Origin: Patescibacteria group bacterium
GTDB taxonomy: Bacteria; Patescibacteriota; Saccharimonadia; UBA4664; SCTI01
DNA: 64,000 nt
Direction: 5' to 3'
NCBI GenBank assembly: GCA_004297735.1
Contig: SCTI01000002.1
Location: 350,180 to 414,179, forward strand
The notes below the pieces were generated by a model. It was not told the DNA's origin and searched no databases. It saw nothing but the letters and a program-made list of their open reading frames with translations. How positions within the stretch are numbered: position 1 is the stretch's first letter; each line of letters begins with the position of its first letter. The translations under genes and the position numbers were made by a program. Of the stretch, positions 60,052 through 64,000 are shown piece after piece.

Positions 60052-61398
60052 TTAGGGTTGATAAAGAACCTCGCGCCAGCTGAGAATACTAAAAGCGTTG
60101 GTGTTGGGATAGCAAGGCGGAGGGGAGTAGGTTAGATTGGTGTCAAAGGAGGTGGTATTACTACCGTAACCCGAGGTTATATGGTTGCCGCTAACCCAGC
60201 TCCAAGTCCAGTAGTCGTAGCTGCTAATTGACCCGTAGAAACTGAGATTGCTCTTAACGGGACCATTGTTGGGGTACCAAACATGTCCTTTTTGGGCTAG
60301 AAGGGCGCCATTTATCTCAATATTGTTTGGGGCATAGCCGGCTACCTCAACATTCTTTTGAGCAATTAGGCCAAGTGCGGTACTGCCGTTTTTGGCGGCG
60401 TAGCGCAAATTATTGGTAATTTTAATGGTGGTATTTGTAGCCGGTACATCGGGCAGGCGGCCGCTACCGATGGTTAGACGACCGGTAAAACCGTCTCCAT
60501 CAACCCAAACGTTGTCGGCGGCGTACAGGCAGCCGTTGGCAGGCGCGGCTTGATTGCGGACAAAGGTGGTTTGGATGCCGCTACCGGTTTCGTTACGAAC
60601 GGTGTATATGTCGATGGTGCCGTTGGCTTTGAGCTTAAGGTAATACCCTTGTCGGTTGGTGGTGGGTAGGTATACGCCACCACTTTGCGACTGGGTGATC
60701 ATGTCCTGGATGTCGGCGGTAACCCCGTTGAAGTCAACGCTGGGTACCGGGTACTGCCACTGCGACTTGGGCCCACCATTACCCCATACGCCCGCCTTAG
60801 TGCTGCCGTCACCGCCAAACTGCGGGTTGGGCTTATAGGTTTCGCGGGCGGCTGTCACCGCTCCATCATTCTGACCATCCATATGGACGCCAACATTGGA
60901 GTGAATAGGCCCAGAGGTGTTTTCGTTTTGGCCAAACCAAACCTCGGTGCCGGTTAGCAGGCCGTAACTAGCAAAGGACGGAATACCCAGCTTAGCTTCG
61001 ATTGAGCGAGTACTCTTAAGCCCGTTAACCTGGCCGGTCGACTTAACGGTCACCACGGTCGATCCGGTTGGGGGTGGAGTGATGTACAGAGTGTAGGTGC
61101 CAATAACCTTGCCGGAGCTGTCGGTGTAGTTGTGAACATAGGGGCCGTATGGTGCGGTCGCCGGTGCGCCGGTGCCGTCCTGGTAGTCGGCGGCATCGTG
61201 AGCCAGGTGCCAAAGGTAGTAGTTGATGCCAGCCTCGGCAATTTGTAGCGCCGACTCAGCCCGCTGCTCATGGGTTGAAAAGCGAAGATTGGCGACCGCC
61301 ACTCCAGCTAAAGCAATGCCGATGGCGCTTAGCATCATAGCAAGACCCAGGATCATTGGAATGGAAAAGCCGGCTTGGTTGCGAAGGTAGTGTTTCAT
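60052..61398 (-). CDS. PilX-like minor pilin with a large C-terminal domain
   Basis: QAG|FSIPM prepilin site without E5; ALQIAEAGI. Confidence 0.75.
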   Translation of the reverse strand: MKHYLRNQAGFSIPMILGLAMMLSAIGIALAGVAVANLRFSTHEQRAESALQIAEAGINYYLWHLAHDAADYQDGTGAPATAPYGPYVHNYTDSSGKVIGTYTLYITPPPTGSTVVTVKSTGQVNGLKSTRSIEAKLGIPSFASYGLLTGTEVWFGQNENTSGPIHSNVGVHMDGQNDGAVTAARETYKPNPQFGGDGSTKAGVWGNGGPKSQWQYPVPSVDFNGVTADIQDMITQSQSGGVYLPTTNRQGYYLKLKANGTIDIYTVRNETGSGIQTTFVRNQAAPANGCLYAADNVWVDGDGFTGRLTIGSGRLPDVPATNTTIKITNNLRYAAKNGSTALGLIAQKNVEVAGYAPNNIEINGALLAQKGHVWYPNNGPVKSNLSFYGSISSYDYWTWSWVSGNHITSGYGSNTTSFDTNLTYSPPPCYPNTNAFSILSWREVLYQP

Positions 61399-61982
61399 AG
61401 GTTGGTCTTCTTGTTACGCAGGGTCACAATGGTCTGGGCCGACATTGGTTTGCGCAGCACCTTGGGATTAGGGTTGATTATCACCGTAATGCCAACTTGC
61501 TTAATCTGAGTAGTAGTAAAGCTGCCGCTCAACTGGGCGCCGGTGTCGTTAAAATAACTAAACACCATGCCACCACCGTTAAGGTTGCGAGCCAGAGTGT
61601 AGGTTTTACCGTCGGCGGCGTTATAGGTGTAGTTAGGGCCACTGCCACTTGGGGGGATAACGGTTGCTTTAAGGTCGCTACCATCAACAAAATAGGTAAT
61701 TTGTTTAACCACCGTATCTTGTGGCGAAAAGTAGGCAAAGACGGTAAGTCGATTCGACTGAGCTTCGGTTACGCTAGTTGAACCGCGAACCACTTTGGCA
61801 ACACGATTTAAGGTGTTTGATAGATCAACCGACGCATCGCTTTGGGTTTGGAGGTAGCGATAGCCTCGAGCACTACCGATTGTAACGTTAACCAAGGAGG
61901 TGACCAGAATAGCAATAATAGCCATAGTTATAACTAGCTCCAGCAAGGAGTAGCCCGACTGTCGGTTACGGAGTAGCGACAT
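61395..61982 (-). CDS. Minor pilin (PilW-like)
   Basis: QSG|YSLLEL prepilin motif. Confidence 0.85.
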   Translation of the reverse strand: MSLLRNRQSGYSLLELVITMAIIAILVTSLVNVTIGSARGYRYLQTQSDASVDLSNTLNRVAKVVRGSTSVTEAQSNRLTVFAYFSPQDTVVKQITYFVDGSDLKATVIPPSGSGPNYTYNAADGKTYTLARNLNGGGMVFSYFNDTGAQLSGSFTTTQIKQVGITVIINPNPKVLRKPMSAQTIVTLRNKKTNL

Positions 61983-63336
61983 TAAATCCCCCGGTCTGTG
62001 TTACCTGTTTGCCGTCTGGCTTGGTTATCACCACGTCCCAGTCTCCGGTGGCCGCACCCGACAGGTTAAGGTCGGCGGTTAGGCTGGCCCCGCTACCAAC
62101 CACATTGGTGGCATTGATATCGGTTGAGCCGGATCGCTTGAGCACCACCGAACTACCGCTGGCTAGATTAGCCCCGGAAATGGTAACGGCGACGGTTGAC
62201 CCAGTTGTGTCGGACACCGGCGAGATGGCGGTGATTCTAGGCCAAGCCGCGTCGGTGGTGACTACCAGCTTAATAGAGGTTGTATCTTGTGGCGGTACCA
62301 CCACCGACTGGTACGGAATGGTGGCGACAATGTAGTAACCGTTAGGTACGGCAAAGCTGTAGCTATCCCATTCAAGGCCGCCAACCGAAGCCAACCCGCT
62401 GGCATCGGTAAGATGCGCTTGAGAGTATTTGTAAACGGTTGGGTTGGCATAAATGGTTTTGTTGCCGGTAACCGTAATGCTGAGGTTTGGCACCGGTGCA
62501 CCGGCAGTATCGACGGCTTGGATCGATAAGGTGGCCAGACGATCGATAGAAAAGCTGACATCGGCAATCTGCTGCACTAAAATATTGGGATTAACTAAGG
62601 TAGCGGTTTGGCTACCAGCGGGATCGGCGTAGGTTTGCTCGGTGCTATAACCGCTTTTGGTTACCACAATATTGTAGCGGTTGCTGCTATCGGGCGGCAG
62701 CTTGGGGATTACGACTAAACCGCCGGAATCGGTGGTGGTGGTAATGTCAACCGCCGGGCTAACCGATGGGTTGGTGATGTGAACGGTAGCGTCGGCCACC
62801 GGCTGACCGTTGGCGTCCTGCACCTTGGTGCGTAAGATACCGGTGCTAGAGGAGGTTTCGGCAGCTTTGGCGGCAACGTTAGTAGTGAGCGTGGCCACCT
62901 TAACGTTGGTTTTAGCAGTATAAACCTTGATTTCGGCTTGCTTGTAATCGTAAGGGTAAAGGTCTTGCGGCTTGCCGTTAATGGTGCCGTCAAGATTGCC
63001 ATCAAAGGGATCATCAACATAGCGGATGCTGGTTTCAACCCGGTAGGAGGCATTATTACGGGTTACCGTTTCGGTATCCAAAATGTTGCCGGCGGGGTAA
63101 ATGGCGCCGTGTTGGGTGGCCAGCGAGTCATAAGGCAGATCGCGCAGGTACTCCATCTTTTCGTTCGCCAGAGCTAAACCGGTGCTCCGGCTTTGGCTGA
63201 GGTTCATGGTGACGATGTTGGTCGCGAACACGCTAACCACGGCCGTTGCCATAATCGCGACAATAGCTACGCCAACCAGTGACTCCAATAAGGTAAAACC
63301 GTCTGAGCGCTGTATGAATGCCCACCTACTTCTCAT
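61966..63336 (-). CDS. Minor pilin (PilV-like) with carboxypeptidase-regulatory-like and IPT/TIG domains
   Basis: SDG|FTLLES; VQDANGQPVADATV; PRITAISP...ISGANL...WDVVITKPDG. Confidence 0.8.
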   Translation of the reverse strand: MRSRWAFIQRSDGFTLLESLVGVAIVAIMATAVVSVFATNIVTMNLSQSRSTGLALANEKMEYLRDLPYDSLATQHGAIYPAGNILDTETVTRNNASYRVETSIRYVDDPFDGNLDGTINGKPQDLYPYDYKQAEIKVYTAKTNVKVATLTTNVAAKAAETSSSTGILRTKVQDANGQPVADATVHITNPSVSPAVDITTTTDSGGLVVIPKLPPDSSNRYNIVVTKSGYSTEQTYADPAGSQTATLVNPNILVQQIADVSFSIDRLATLSIQAVDTAGAPVPNLSITVTGNKTIYANPTVYKYSQAHLTDASGLASVGGLEWDSYSFAVPNGYYIVATIPYQSVVVPPQDTTSIKLVVTTDAAWPRITAISPVSDTTGSTVAVTISGANLASGSSVVLKRSGSTDINATNVVGSGASLTADLNLSGAATGDWDVVITKPDGKQVTQTGGFNVATP

Positions 63337-63375
63337 ATCAATATTATAGCGTAACCGTTATGGATAGCCGACACC

Positions 63376-63397
63376 AAAAACCCGCCAAGGGGGCGGG
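63376..63397 (-). terminator. Terminator after the major pilin
   Basis: Minus strand CCCGCC-loop-GGCGGG-TTTTT. Confidence 0.6.
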
Positions 63398-63419
63398 CTA
63401 GTGGTAAGCTCAAGCTATC

Positions 63420-63857
63420 TTAGTTAGCTGAGTTGACGGTGTAGGTGCCGCCGGGAGCTTCTTTGTCGTTCTTGTTCTCGAGAGTGGTAGTCAGGGTGTA
63501 GGAGGTACAAGCACCGGCTGCACAGCCACTTGGGCTTGGTGTGTAGGTGTAGTCAGCTCCACCCTTTGGATCTGCCGGAACGGTCTTCATGTAGGGAGTG
63601 GTCCCCGAGCTCAGATCGGTCTTCCAGGTGCCAGAAGTTGGATAGCTGTTGCTGTCGTTGTAGTAGGTTTCGAGCGCGGTCTTAATGTTACGCAAGTCAC
63701 TCTTACGCTGTGAATCACGGGCTCGCTGTGGTCCGCTGACCAAGTTAGGTACGATTAGAACCACCAAAATGGCAATAATCACGATGACGATCAAAAGCTC
63801 GAGTAGCGTGAAACCGCCCTGTTTTTTAAGTAATGATGCTCGCATGTGAGTGCTCAC
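63420..63857 (-). CDS. Major type IV pilin / GspG-like pilin
   Basis: QGG|FTLLELLIVIVII, RDSQRKSDL, YP, DP, C-terminal Cys pair; own SD and terminator. Confidence 0.88.
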   Translation of the reverse strand: MSTHMRASLLKKQGGFTLLELLIVIVIIAILVVLIVPNLVSGPQRARDSQRKSDLRNIKTALETYYNDSNSYPTSGTWKTDLSSGTTPYMKTVPADPKGGADYTYTPSPSGCAAGACTSYTLTTTLENKNDKEAPGGTYTVNSAN

Positions 63858-63954
63858 CTCCTATGTAATTGCGATTAGTCTTAGTTTGTTTAACAAAGCA
63901 TAAGCTCTATTAACTAGATTATAAAACCTCGCTTCCAGCGGTGTCAAGTAAATG

Positions 63955-64000
63955 TCAGATGGCGTTGCCCAGCTCGGAGAGCGGACCGAACACCGATATA
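63955..64000 (-). CDS. C-terminal end of a probable PilC/T2SSF platform protein (partial)
   Basis: ...ISVFGPLSELGNAI* resembles the PilC C-terminus and lies upstream of the pilin. Confidence 0.4.
   Translation of the reverse strand, partial: ISVFGPLSELGNAI

Overview
Bacterial chromosomal window (code 11), most likely Patescibacteria/CPR and probably Saccharimonadia. This is inferred from the short HrcA, a ComEC without a beta-lactamase domain, the type IV pilus cluster, a giant repeat-rich surface protein and many apparently leaderless genes. Housekeeping content: tatAC, dsbAB, MarR/RND, ftsB, three CAU tRNAs, tilS, ftsH, murJ, lepA, hrcA-grpE-dnaK-dnaJ with tandem CIRCE, tRNA-Lys, comEC, yebC-ruvCA-(flavinylation module)-ruvB, pilMNO and pilins. 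Two loci stand out. (1) An F-type ATPase-derived operon (13.5-22.9 kb) has canonical c-b-delta-alpha-gamma-beta-epsilon order but no subunit a. Its c-like hairpin (AIGRNP) lacks the ion-binding carboxylate and is fused to an extracellular domain, and a 1160-aa surface fibre gene follows, so this is a candidate non-ion-pumping rotary or export machine. (2) A ComQXPA-analogous locus (8.1-12.4 kb) comprises an OmpR-type regulator, an unannotated 36-aa peptide ending FIPWGS, a membrane histidine kinase and a class II/class I terpene-synthase/prenyltransferase fusion. Also noted: a HAPP-motif leader peptide with a terminator, Gly-Tyr mini-proteins flanking tatAC, and a 70-nt G3-U70 tRNA-like RNA with a divergently placed complementary sRNA candidate. 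All calls come from reading the sequence by eye; no database searches were run.
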